Below are positions 1 to 6,947 of a DNA stretch of 40,119 nucleotides, piece by piece; within the stretch, counting starts at the first letter, position 1, and each line of letters starts with the position of its first letter. The translations under genes and the position numbers were made by a program. The stretch is from positions 1 through 40,119 of the IMG/VR virus record IMGVR_UViG_3300019132_000007. One strand, given 5' to 3'. Below the pieces are notes generated by a model. That model did not search any database, was not told the DNA's origin, and saw only the letters and a program-made list of their open reading frames with translations. This DNA is from a virus.

Positions 1-99
1 ACGCGGGTTGGTCAACGGCGCTTGGCATCACGCCGACAGCCATAGCCAGCGCCACCATGCCGTCAATTCGTCCGGTCGCCTTGCCCTTCACAAACTTAC
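1..99. repeat. Terminal direct repeat copy A (identical to 40021-40119); circular-contig overlap
   Basis: Bases 1-99 match 40021-40119 base for base. The repeat lies inside the terL frame, which is continuous across the junction. Confidence 0.95.
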
Positions 100-1471
100 G
101 GTTCTCCGCCGGGTCCGTGACAACAGTTGCGTTTGCCGCGCACATCGTTAATACCGGATGATTCCCATGCCGAAGCTTTCTCGCTAGTAGCTTCGATTCC
201 AGTTCGCGGATCGCCGGCGACATGCTCACAAACCCCTGTCCGAACTCGACGAAACGTTCCAACTCTTCCTCGGTGAAGCCGACACGCTCTAACCAAGGCT
301 TCAGAAACTTCATGTTGTACCGGTCGAACGCGAGCGCTCGCACGTTATAGCGATCAAATACGTCCCGCAGATAGTGCGCGATGAACTCGTATTCGATCGA
401 TGCGCCTGGCGTCGTCTGCAAAAGCCCTTGCTGCGCCCATAGGTCGTACGGCACCCGGTCATTCCGCGCCTTTTCCGCCAGCCCTTCGGAGGGCAGCCAG
501 AAAGTCGGCAGGATGTCACCGGCCTCCTTCGCCAGCACCAGCGACGTCAAGTCCGACACGCTGGAAAGATCCAGCCCACCGAATACTTCGTCGCCGTCCT
601 CGATTTCAGGGTCGCTGCCGTTTTCCTGCCAGATCGTCCGCGTCACGAACGGATTTCGCGCTTCGACACGCTGATTCAGGATCAGGTTTCGGTAGCTAGC
701 TTCCCGGCTCGGCATCCGCTTGGCGTCGGACGCCTGGCGAAAGACCTCTTCCTTGTTCATGAAGTCGTCAAAGTGCGGGTTTGCCGCCCTGATCGCCTCT
801 TCGCTGAACGGGTCCAACTCCATCGGTGCCGTGCAGAGCTCCACCTTGATACGCGGGTCCGCGCCGGTCAGTCCGTCGTCAATCAACAGGCTGAGCAGAT
901 CGGCATCCGTTGGAGCCTGCGTAGAAATCACGATCGACAGCGGCGACTCCTGCGCAGCGGACGCTGTTTCCAGCGCTTCGTACAGCTCCGACCGCGGCCC
1001 TTTTACCTGCCCGAGTTCGTCATGCACCACAAACACTGGGCTCAGACCGTATGCAGTTGCCGCATCAGCGCTCAGCGCGCGGTACAAAGTCCCGAGTTCA
1101 GGGCAAAAAAGCTGCTTTGCCGTGTCCCGGATCGTCACGTATGCGGACAAATCGGGCGACATCCGCACCACTTTTGCGGCCAGAGCGAACAGAATCGATG
1201 CCTGCTCCCTCGATTGCGCTGCGCTATACAGCTGCGAATTCGGCTTTGCCTCCGGTCCGCACAGATGCAGCAGCAGAAGGAAGGACGAAAGCGCCGTCTT
1301 CGCGTTCTTCCGAGCCATCGACAGGATGAAAATCCGCGTCGGGCTGTCGTAAATGCGCCGGATCCATTCCTTTTGCTTCTTCGTCAGCTTGACCGGCTTG
1401 CCAACTAATCGACCTTCAGGAATCCGGCAGTTCGCCTCAATCCAGGCGATATTGCGCTCGCCGCGCGTCAT
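1..1471 (-). CDS. terL: Terminase large subunit (Terminase_1/HK97-type); runs off the window edge and finishes at 39986-40020 on the circle (501 aa total)
   Basis: My manual reverse translation from ATG 1471-1469 (TAATG overlap with the terS stop) met no stop codon down to base 1. It begins MTRGERNIAWIEANCRIPEGRLVGKPVKLTKKQKEWIRRIYD. It contains a VVHDELGQ Walker-B-like motif and a C-terminal nuclease-like GRIDGMVALAMA. It sits between terS and portal. Confidence 0.9.
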   Translation of the reverse strand, partial: MTRGERNIAWIEANCRIPEGRLVGKPVKLTKKQKEWIRRIYDSPTRIFILSMARKNAKTALSSFLLLLHLCGPEAKPNSQLYSAAQSREQASILFALAAKVVRMSPDLSAYVTIRDTAKQLFCPELGTLYRALSADAATAYGLSPVFVVHDELGQVKGPRSELYEALETASAAQESPLSIVISTQAPTDADLLSLLIDDGLTGADPRIKVELCTAPMELDPFSEEAIRAANPHFDDFMNKEEVFRQASDAKRMPSREASYRNLILNQRVEARNPFVTRTIWQENGSDPEIEDGDEVFGGLDLSSVSDLTSLVLAKEAGDILPTFWLPSEGLAEKARNDRVPYDLWAQQGLLQTTPGASIEYEFIAHYLRDVFDRYNVRALAFDRYNMKFLKPWLERVGFTEEELERFVEFGQGFVSMSPAIRELESKLLARKLRHGNHPVLTMCAANATVVTDPAENRKFVKGKATGRIDGMVALAMAVGVMPSAVDQPA

Positions 1472-1923
1472 TACTCGGCGTCGAGCGGGAGTTCCCACGG
1501 TTTCCTTGTCTTCGGCTGATTCTTCAGCGCCCGCCCCACAGTGGTCGGATGCTCAACTGCCTGCCTGGTGATGCGCAGCCGGGTCGCCAGCGACGATGCC
1601 GCACGGCTTTCCCGTTCCGCCATGGCCGTCAGTCGCTCCATGCGCTTCAGCCCCTCGGAGTCGCGCATCCAATTCGGATCGGATGCCTCAATCTCATCGT
1701 CGAGGATCCGCGCCTTGACTACGTGCTTGCAGTACAGCTCAAGCAAAGAAGCATGCGTTGCGGTGAACGCGCCGGCCGGTTGGTCATTGACCACTCTCAG
1801 CCATTCCTCCCGCACTGCGTCGTTCAGATATACGGGCGGTTGCAGCCTGTTTTCGGTAGAAATGGGCGCAACTAGGGCCGCGACCTCCATTGATGCGGTC
1901 GATTTTCTGCCCCTACTGCCCAT
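1471..1923 (-). CDS. terS: Terminase small subunit (P27 family-like)
   Basis: 150-aa ORF immediately upstream of terL and overlapping it. The sequence pattern (LNDAVREEWLRVVN...LLELYCKHVVKARIL) is typical of phage P27-family small terminases. Confidence 0.8.
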   Translation of the reverse strand: MGSRGRKSTASMEVAALVAPISTENRLQPPVYLNDAVREEWLRVVNDQPAGAFTATHASLLELYCKHVVKARILDDEIEASDPNWMRDSEGLKRMERLTAMAERESRAASSLATRLRITRQAVEHPTTVGRALKNQPKTRKPWELPLDAE

Positions 1924-2077
1924 TTTGTTGCTACCTATCTACTTTTTTTGTCCACGTTTATGAAAGAAAGGGGAACCGGTCGGTTTCCGGGGTAAAAGGC
2001 TCAGACTTTCGCCCCGCCCCTCCCGTTATCGATGCCTCTGCGGCCTACTAGAACGCGATAGGAGCGACGATTTCCGC
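1924..2077. other. Candidate cos/packaging-recognition region
   Basis: A 154-nt non-coding gap between the HNH and terS genes. HK97-like HNH-dependent cos phages place cos in this position. It contains a GGGGAACCGGTCGGTTTCCGGGG dyad-like element. No ends can be determined from sequence alone. Confidence 0.25.
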
Positions 2078-2368
2078 TCACCGAACATCACCCTCAACGG
2101 GCCACCCATCAGCCCCAATCGTCACCCTTGCTCGATGTCCCAAGTCCTGCCGTGTCTTCTCGTCGTGGCAGTCATCACACAGACCTTGTCTGTTCCGCCC
2201 TTCGTCCTCGTCGAAGTCCTTACCGCCATTGACCAATGCAACCTTGTGGTCTAGCTGCGTCGCCGCCCGGACGCGCCCCTTCTCCTGGCACTTGACGCAG
2301 AGCGGGTGAAGCCTGAAATGCTGTTCACGGATGCGTTGCAGCTTCCGACCTCTGATGCGCTCAGTCAT
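2078..2368 (-). CDS. HNH endonuclease (terminase-associated)
   Basis: Motifs HPLCVKCQEKGRV...LDHKVALVNGG...CDDCH. I prefer the internal ATG at 2368 (MTERIRGRKL) because the longer ORF would run through a terminator hairpin. The position upstream of terS/terL is typical. Confidence 0.85.
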   Translation of the reverse strand: MTERIRGRKLQRIREQHFRLHPLCVKCQEKGRVRAATQLDHKVALVNGGKDFDEDEGRNRQGLCDDCHDEKTRQDLGHRARVTIGADGWPVEGDVR

Positions 2369-2378
2369 CACTTCACCA

Positions 2379-2413
2379 ATAAAAAAGCCCGCTACCTGTT
2401 TTCGGTCGCGGGC
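2379..2413 (-). terminator. Intrinsic terminator (minus strand) just upstream of HNH
   Basis: Minus strand reads GCCCGC-GACCGAAAACAGGTA-GCGGGC followed by TTTTTTATT. Confidence 0.7.
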
Positions 2414-2484
2414 TAAGTCCAATCTTGCAAGGATAGAGACAAGTAAAGCCAACAAGTATTCATAAGCCACAATGCTTATATTAC

Positions 2485-2513
2485 TTGACAAACCTTATAT
2501 TTAGTCTTATAAT
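2485..2513 (+). promoter_or_regulatory. Perfect consensus sigma70 promoter of the toxin-antitoxin cassette
   Basis: TTGACA (2485-2490), 17-nt spacer, TATAAT (2508-2513). The toxin ATG at 2521 lies 7-8 nt after the -10, which implies a leaderless mRNA. Confidence 0.75.
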
Positions 2514-2520
2514 TCTCTAC

Positions 2521-2775
2521 ATGAACTCGATCAAATGGACACCGAAAGCAACCAAGCAAGTGCGCAAGCTCGACGCACAGTATGCTAAACAGATCGTTAC
2601 CGCCGTCCGCGAACTTGCTCAGATGCCGAACTGCCAGAACATCAAAGCCCTCACGAACCATGAATATGGATACAGGCTGCGAGTTGGTAACTACCGTGTC
2701 TTGTTTGACTGGGCCAGCGAAATCAAGATTGTCGAAATTCAAGAAGTGAGGAAGCGCGATGAACGCACCTACTAA
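2521..2775 (+). CDS. RelE/ParE-superfamily (HigB-like) toxin
   Basis: MNSIKWTPKATKQVRKLDAQYAKQIVTAVRELAQ...GYRLRVGNYRVLFDWASEIKIVEIQEVRKRDE. This is the classic RelE/ParE pattern. The region is low in GC. Confidence 0.8.
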   Translation: MNSIKWTPKATKQVRKLDAQYAKQIVTAVRELAQMPNCQNIKALTNHEYGYRLRVGNYRVLFDWASEIKIVEIQEVRKRDERTY

Positions 2776-3088
2776 CATCCAAGTAATCAACGGGCCGGAC
2801 GGGAAACCGGCCTTTGTCGTTATCCCTTATGCTGACTATGTGAAGCAGCATGAAGCGGAGAACGATCTAATCCCCCATGAGGTGGTGGAACGCATGGTCA
2901 TGGAGAACATGACGCCCGTTCGAGCCTGGCGCGAGCACCTGGGCATCACCCAAGAGGAAATGGCAAAACGCCTTGGCATTTCGCAGTCTGCCTACTCTCA
3001 GCAAGAAGCCGCGCCCAAGAATCGCAAGAGCACTCGCGAGAAGATCGCGGCAGCACTGGGCATCATGCCGGAACAGCTAGACGTCTGA
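2759..3088 (+). CDS. HTH (XRE-type) antitoxin, HigA-like
   Basis: Overlaps the toxin 3' end by 17 nt. HTH motif ITQEEMAKRLGISQSAYSQQE. The toxin-first gene order matches HigBA. Confidence 0.75.
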   Translation: MNAPTNIQVINGPDGKPAFVVIPYADYVKQHEAENDLIPHEVVERMVMENMTPVRAWREHLGITQEEMAKRLGISQSAYSQQEAAPKNRKSTREKIAAALGIMPEQLDV

Positions 3089-3221
3089 TTCCTTCAAGTA
3101 ACGTTTCTTGCACATTCCTCGGCTTTACGCTTCAGAATGCGCAACTTTCTGCACAGCAAATGTCAGCGCTGCCTCAGCTTCCAGCCGAGCCATTCGCGTA
3201 CTTGCTCGTTTGAGGGCGCGT

Positions 3222-3434
3222 TCATGCTGCCTCCCGAAAGGCCTTTTGGCGCTCGTTGTCGTGCTTCTCAAGCAGGTGCTGCTGAACTGGCGATAGCTCA
3301 AAGCCGAATAGCCGTTTGGCCTCCAGCCACTCCGGCGCGTCTCGCGAGTCTCGCACCTTGTAGCAGTTCTGCGGAAACGTGGTGTCGATCAACCACCGCC
3401 CGCCTTTTGTATGCTGCTGTAGGTAGAAGATCAT
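3222..3434 (-). CDS. Hypothetical protein (70 aa), first late-operon genes
   Basis: MIFYLQQHTKGGRWLIDTTF... The start overlaps the upstream stop (ATGA). Confidence 0.5.
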   Translation of the reverse strand: MIFYLQQHTKGGRWLIDTTFPQNCYKVRDSRDAPEWLEAKRLFGFELSPVQQHLLEKHDNERQKAFREAA

Positions 3435-3559
3435 CGCGCCACCTGCCGCCAGAAGTGATACAGCCACTCGGGGCTGTGATGCTCGGGGGTCTTGCGCTCC
3501 CGCTTTTCCAACAGCTTGAGCATTTCTTTGCGCTCGTGGCGCTTGGTCAGCTTCCGCAT
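3431..3559 (-). CDS. Hypothetical small basic protein (42 aa)
   Basis: MRKLTKRHERKEMLKLLEKRERKTPEHHSPEWLYHFWRQVAR. GGAGG lies 5 nt upstream of the ATG. Too short to appear in the ORF track. Confidence 0.45.
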   Translation of the reverse strand: MRKLTKRHERKEMLKLLEKRERKTPEHHSPEWLYHFWRQVAR

Positions 3560-3576
3560 ACAGCCTCCAGAAACGC

Positions 3577-3600
3577 AAAAACCCGCACAAGGCGGGTTTG
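3577..3600 (-). terminator. Intrinsic terminator in the late-promoter leader (tR'-like)
   Basis: Minus strand reads ACCCGC-CTTGT-GCGGGT followed by TTTTTGCGTTT, about 35-40 nt downstream of the predicted late transcription start. Confidence 0.7.
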
Positions 3601-3633
3601 GTGACAGTTATTGAAACTATCAAATTAGCGATG

Positions 3634-3663
3634 ATTTTAGGCGAAAGTGTAAGGGCATGTCCG
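3634..3663 (-). promoter_or_regulatory. Candidate Q-dependent late promoter (PR'-like)
   Basis: Minus strand reads CGGACA (3663-3658), 18 nt, TAAAAT (3639-3634). One arm of the 9-bp inverted repeat AGTGTAAGG/CCTTACACT (3646-3654 / 3686-3694) sits in the spacer, where the lambda Q-binding element lies. Confidence 0.45.
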
Positions 3664-3695
3664 CAAGTATTTTGTACGGTCACAGCCTTACACTC

Positions 3696-4103
3696 TCAGT
3701 CGATAATTTCGGCAGGCTCATCCGGCATCGCAGCAGGCGCGAGGTGTGCGCGCTTGAGGCTCTGCGACATCGAGTAGGCACGCTCGGCAAAGCGGCGCTT
3801 ACGCTCGTAGAACGTGACCCGGCTAATGCTCATCTCAGCCGCTACCTTCTTGATGTTGCGCGCGCGGTTCCAGTAATACTCGATGAAGCACGCGCCGTCT
3901 GCGTCATTCATGTCGACCAGGGCGTGGACTGCCATATTGAAAAAGCTCATCTCGTCCGACAGTATGGCATCCGGCCCCGGTCCCACTCTTGCGGGCTGCA
4001 TGCGAGCGAGTAAGTTTTTCGTCCCGGGCGCGAGGAAGTAGCGCCTAGTGATGCACCATTCGCGCCAAGCCTCGCAGTGCGCGTGAAGTTCTTGTCCGGT
4101 CAT
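3696..4103 (-). CDS. Late-gene antiterminator, Q family (Phage_antitermQ-like)
   Basis: 135 aa. The pattern W..W...Y..P...N.L plus a C-terminal sigma-region-4-like FIEYYWNRARNIKKVAAEMSISRVTFYERKRRFAERA. It is followed directly by a promoter and terminator. Confidence 0.65.
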   Translation of the reverse strand: MTGQELHAHCEAWREWCITRRYFLAPGTKNLLARMQPARVGPGPDAILSDEMSFFNMAVHALVDMNDADGACFIEYYWNRARNIKKVAAEMSISRVTFYERKRRFAERAYSMSQSLKRAHLAPAAMPDEPAEIID

Positions 4104-4288
4104 TTACCCTCCTTGGTTTCGTAATGCCTGCACCGCCGATCCGCCTTGCCGTTGCTGCGCTTCGGGCTGTTGCAGAAGTCGCGTCCGAGCACCTTGGTCT
4201 TATGAATGCAGCCGCGGCAAGTAAACCTTTCCTCGTACTCCATTACCTCGGCCGGATCCTTGTATCGGTATTGGCGCTGGATCGTCAT
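4100..4288 (-). CDS. Hypothetical Cys-rich protein (62 aa)
   Basis: MTIQRQYRYKDP...CRGCIHKTKVLGRDFCNSP...RRCRHYE. ATGA overlaps at both ends. Confidence 0.5.
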   Translation of the reverse strand: MTIQRQYRYKDPAEVMEYEERFTCRGCIHKTKVLGRDFCNSPKRSNGKADRRCRHYETKEGK

Positions 4289-4473
4289 AGCGCCTTGCAC
4301 AGTTCAAGTGCTTCGGCGGGCGTGAAGCCCTCCTTGATGAGCGCCAGATACTTTGCCCGGAGGAGCTTCGCCAGGATTGCGAAACGTTCCAGCTCAGCCG
4401 GCCATTCCTCAGCAATGATCTCGCGCAGGTTTTTGAGCGCTTGCGCCTTCTTTACGCGTTCTTGGTCGTTCAC
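4285..4473 (-). CDS. Hypothetical protein (62 aa)
   Basis: ORF in the operon chain with overlapping start and stop. Confidence 0.5.
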   Translation of the reverse strand: MNDQERVKKAQALKNLREIIAEEWPAELERFAILAKLLRAKYLALIKEGFTPAEALELCKAL

Positions 4474-4673
4474 AGTTCCACCTCAGCCCGAACGGCGCCG
4501 ACAATGTACTGTCGGCTTTTGCTGCCAAGAGCAATCTTCTCGTGCATGTCGATCCCGATGGAATGCGGGGTGTAACCCGTCTCGCCCCAAAACTTGAGAG
4601 TGGCCAAGAGAACAGCCTTCTGGATCTCCTCTTCCATCTCGCGCTTTGCCTTCTTGAAGTCCTTAATGTTCAC
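4470..4673 (-). CDS. Hypothetical protein (67 aa, GTG start)
   Basis: GGAGG lies upstream of a GTG start. Part of the operon chain. Confidence 0.5.
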   Translation of the reverse strand: MNIKDFKKAKREMEEEIQKAVLLATLKFWGETGYTPHSIGIDMHEKIALGSKSRQYIVGAVRAEVEL

Positions 4674-4681
4674 GCAGCCTC

Positions 4682-4798
4682 CTATCCCCTGTACTCATCA
4701 TCCCGCAGCGCGTCCCATAGTGCGTAAGCGACAAGCCCCGATCCAACCAACATGAGGATTCCGACTATCACGGCCAGAATGCATAGGTAAGCAGTCAT
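4682..4798 (-). CDS. Small single-pass membrane protein (38 aa)
   Basis: MTAYLCILAVIVGILMLVGSGLVAYALWDALRDDEYRG. ATGA overlap with the upstream stop. Too short for the ORF track. Confidence 0.45.
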   Translation of the reverse strand: MTAYLCILAVIVGILMLVGSGLVAYALWDALRDDEYRG

Positions 4799-5100
4799 GA
4801 GCAGTCAACCTCCCTCAACTTCTTGCCATCCCAGCCGTGAACCAGAATCCGGACGCCGGCCTTCCGCACAGCGCCGACGTTCTCATGCTCGGCAATCTTC
4901 TTTACCCTGGCGCTAACGTTGCCCATGCTGGTCGTCTGCACCGCGATTACCTCGTTCTCACCAAGACAGAGCACGTCAGCGAATCCCCACAAATCCCGGC
5001 GCGTCCTACTGAAGCTGTGCCAGTACTCGACAATCCAGCAGAAATAGCCTCGATTGCGCATCTCTTCTAGCGTCCGCTGTGTGGGAGATTTGCTGCTCAT
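4795..5100 (-). CDS. PD-(D/E)XK-like nuclease, possible Holliday-junction resolvase
   Basis: The RGYFCWIVEYW...RRDLWGFADVLCLGENEVIAVQTTS pattern resembles small phage restriction-endonuclease-fold resolvases. Assignment is tentative. Confidence 0.4.
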   Translation of the reverse strand: MSSKSPTQRTLEEMRNRGYFCWIVEYWHSFSRTRRDLWGFADVLCLGENEVIAVQTTSMGNVSARVKKIAEHENVGAVRKAGVRILVHGWDGKKLREVDCS

Positions 5101-5357
5101 ACGAATTTTGCGAGACTGTCTTCAGAAATCATCCAGTTCATACGCCGCAGTTCATGTGCATCCTCTTCCGTCAGACCTGCCGCCAGAAGTTCCTCCACAC
5201 CGCATGCGTAGATGATGTCGTGAGAGGCCGCTTCAATCCCGCTTTCCGGCAGGTACTTCGCAATCAGGTTCAACCCAGCCAAAGCGGTGCATTTCCCTCT
5301 GTACTTGGACAGTTCTGAGTCACCTTCCATGATTTCTGAAAAACGCTCGATTTCCAT
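5097..5357 (-). CDS. Hypothetical protein (86 aa)
   Basis: GGAGGG lies 5 nt upstream of ATG 5357. Confidence 0.5.
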   Translation of the reverse strand: MEIERFSEIMEGDSELSKYRGKCTALAGLNLIAKYLPESGIEAASHDIIYACGVEELLAAGLTEEDAHELRRMNWMISEDSLAKFV

Positions 5358-5493
5358 TTCCACCCTCCGTTAAGTTGAACTACTGGACTGCTTCCAATTC
5401 CTGTAAGCCTCTGCCGGCGTCTTACCCACGTGCCAGACAATCCCTCCTGCCCCGCAAAGCCAAAATCCCCCGCTGCGCTTTAACCTGGGCTTC

Positions 5494-5718
5494 TCACGCT
5501 GCCAGCGGAACGTGTGTGCGTAGATCGTCTTCATACCATTCGCCCCATTTGCCTCGATTTCCTCTTGCCCATTGCTCTGCTGCTGCCACCTTCAACCGAT
5601 CCGCTTCCGGCTTTCCCCGGCGCTTCTCGACGATTTCCAGGTACTGCGCAACGCGCTCCCTGCTTTCGGCCCGGATCTTGAGTAAGTGCCGGACCTCGCA
5701 TTGAAATCTGTCCTTCAT
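5494..5718 (-). CDS. Hypothetical protein (74 aa)
   Basis: MKDRFQCEVRHLLKIRAESRERVAQYLEIVEKRRGK... ATGA coupling to the upstream small ORF. Confidence 0.5.
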   Translation of the reverse strand: MKDRFQCEVRHLLKIRAESRERVAQYLEIVEKRRGKPEADRLKVAAAEQWARGNRGKWGEWYEDDLRTHVPLAA

Positions 5719-5807
5719 CCGTTCCACGCCGTCACAAGCGATGTCACCGCCCCGGCGACTCCGATAATGATCAGCGCCCATGCGACTCCAAGACCTCCAT
5801 CGTTCAT
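5715..5807 (-). CDS. Small membrane peptide (30 aa)
   Basis: MNDGGLGVAWALIIIGVAGAVTSLVTAWNG. ATGA overlaps at both ends. Confidence 0.4.
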   Translation of the reverse strand: MNDGGLGVAWALIIIGVAGAVTSLVTAWNG

Positions 5808-5953
5808 TTCCGTCTCCACTCCAATATGGGTTGGATCTTCTTCAGCGCGTAGTGCGCCTTTGCGGCGTTGCTCAGCTCCTTGCGTACCTTCTCGGATTGC
5901 TTGAGAAGCAAAGAGCCGTGCTTCAAGTGGCCCTTTGCAGCGGTCTGCTTCAT
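5804..5953 (-). CDS. Hypothetical small basic protein (49 aa)
   Basis: MKQTAAKGHLKHGSLLLKQSEKVRKELSNAAKAHYALKKIQPILEWRRK. The start lies 2 nt after the stop of the SPFH gene. Confidence 0.4.
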   Translation of the reverse strand: MKQTAAKGHLKHGSLLLKQSEKVRKELSNAAKAHYALKKIQPILEWRRK

Positions 5954-5955
5954 GA

Positions 5956-6756
5956 TTACTTGACGTTGATGAACGGGATTGCACCGGCACTGGTCGTGGG
6001 CAGTTTGCCGTCCCACTTTTGAATGGCCTGCAGTTCGACGTACTCTTTGCCGCCCTGCTTTGCTACGGCCTCGGCCTTGATGCGAATCGCATCAGCCTCG
6101 CCCTGCGCCTCGGCGCGCTTGCGGTCAGCCTCCACCTTTGCCACCTCAAGGCGATTCTTTTCTTCCTGCAGCTTGAATTGCGCCTGAGCGGCCGCCTTGA
6201 TATTGGCCTCCAGCGCCGGATCAGTTACTAGGTTGCGGACGTTTGCGGAACGCACGAAGAACATGCCCTTACCGGCTTCAGCGTCGAGGTTCGCTTGCAA
6301 CTGCTTCACCGTGTCGGCCGCAATCTTGGTGCGCTCAGTGTGGACAGTGGCCGAGCCAAACTTGGAAGCGACGTCATAGACGACTTCGCGGGCCTGCCTG
6401 GTCACGTAGTTCATGCCGATGCGGGAGCAACCTTCCTTGTCCAGTTCGACAGCATCGCCCGGCCATTTGGTCAGGATGGTGGCGGCTTTCCCGGCATCGA
6501 TCTGCACATAAAGATCGATGTCCAAGTCCGAAAGCGTGATCTTGTCGCTTGTCTGCGGGCGGAGGTCGTTAATGGAGAGAGGAAGCTCCTTTGCGCACAC
6601 CTCGGTTACACGTTTGAACATCGTGAAGTACACGCCCGGCTGCATCGTTTCCGCCTTCACCTGGCCTAGCGTCGACTCAACACCGATGTTTCCAGTGTCA
6701 ATCTGCGTACAAGCAGACATCAAAACAACCATCACTCCCAAGAATATTTTTTTCAT
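5956..6756 (-). CDS. SPFH/band-7 (prohibitin/HflK-C-like) domain lipoprotein
   Basis: Signal peptide plus lipobox MKKIFLGVMVVLMSAC. The SPFH-like core is followed by an Ala/Glu/Lys-rich coiled coil (AAAQAQFKLQEEKNRLEVAKVEADRKRAEAQGEADAIRIKAEA). Confidence 0.7.
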   Translation of the reverse strand: MKKIFLGVMVVLMSACTQIDTGNIGVESTLGQVKAETMQPGVYFTMFKRVTEVCAKELPLSINDLRPQTSDKITLSDLDIDLYVQIDAGKAATILTKWPGDAVELDKEGCSRIGMNYVTRQAREVVYDVASKFGSATVHTERTKIAADTVKQLQANLDAEAGKGMFFVRSANVRNLVTDPALEANIKAAAQAQFKLQEEKNRLEVAKVEADRKRAEAQGEADAIRIKAEAVAKQGGKEYVELQAIQKWDGKLPTTSAGAIPFINVK

Positions 6757-6947
6757 ACGATCCTCATAGTGTTATTGAACAGCGCGAAAAACAGGCCAGC
6801 GGCCCCAAACGTTGAAACTGCCAGCGCGATTGCCAGCTCCTTGATGCCGAACCGGATCAGCTTCCGATCCTTTTTCTTCACGAACACCGTTCGCCACGAG
6901 ACGGTCACAGCAAACAGAATCACGAAAATCACAACAAACGCTTTCAT
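6753..6947 (-). CDS. Small two-TM membrane protein, partner of the SPFH gene
   Basis: MKAFVVIFVILFAVTVSW...LAIALAVSTFGAAGLFFALF. The stop overlaps the SPFH start (ATGA). Confidence 0.55.
   Translation of the reverse strand: MKAFVVIFVILFAVTVSWRTVFVKKKDRKLIRFGIKELAIALAVSTFGAAGLFFALFNNTMRIV

Noticed and set aside
1-99. The 99-bp terminal repeat as a biological LTR, a DTR or att sites
   Set aside because: It lies in the middle of the terL coding frame, which is continuous across the junction. An exact overlap of this size is best explained by circular-contig assembly.
381-1408. Plus-strand ORFs 381-674, 400-699, 720-1352, 773-1408 and 1051-1329, and minus-strand ORFs 96-296 and 310-519
   Set aside because: All lie inside the long open minus-strand terL frame. 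Their compositions are Arg/Ser/Ala/Cys-rich, as expected of shadow frames in GC-rich DNA, and they have no RBS.
2476-2790. Minus-strand ORF of 104 aa opposite the toxin gene
   Set aside because: It is antisense to a clearly recognisable RelE/ParE-family gene and would run through the consensus promoter. No supporting signals.
5364-5493. A 130-nt gap in the early-right operon with a possible 19-aa GTG ORF (VGKTPAEAYRNWKQSSSST)
   Set aside because: It is too short and the start signal is weak (12-nt spacing from GGAGGG). I saw no convincing hairpin or repeat. Left unannotated.
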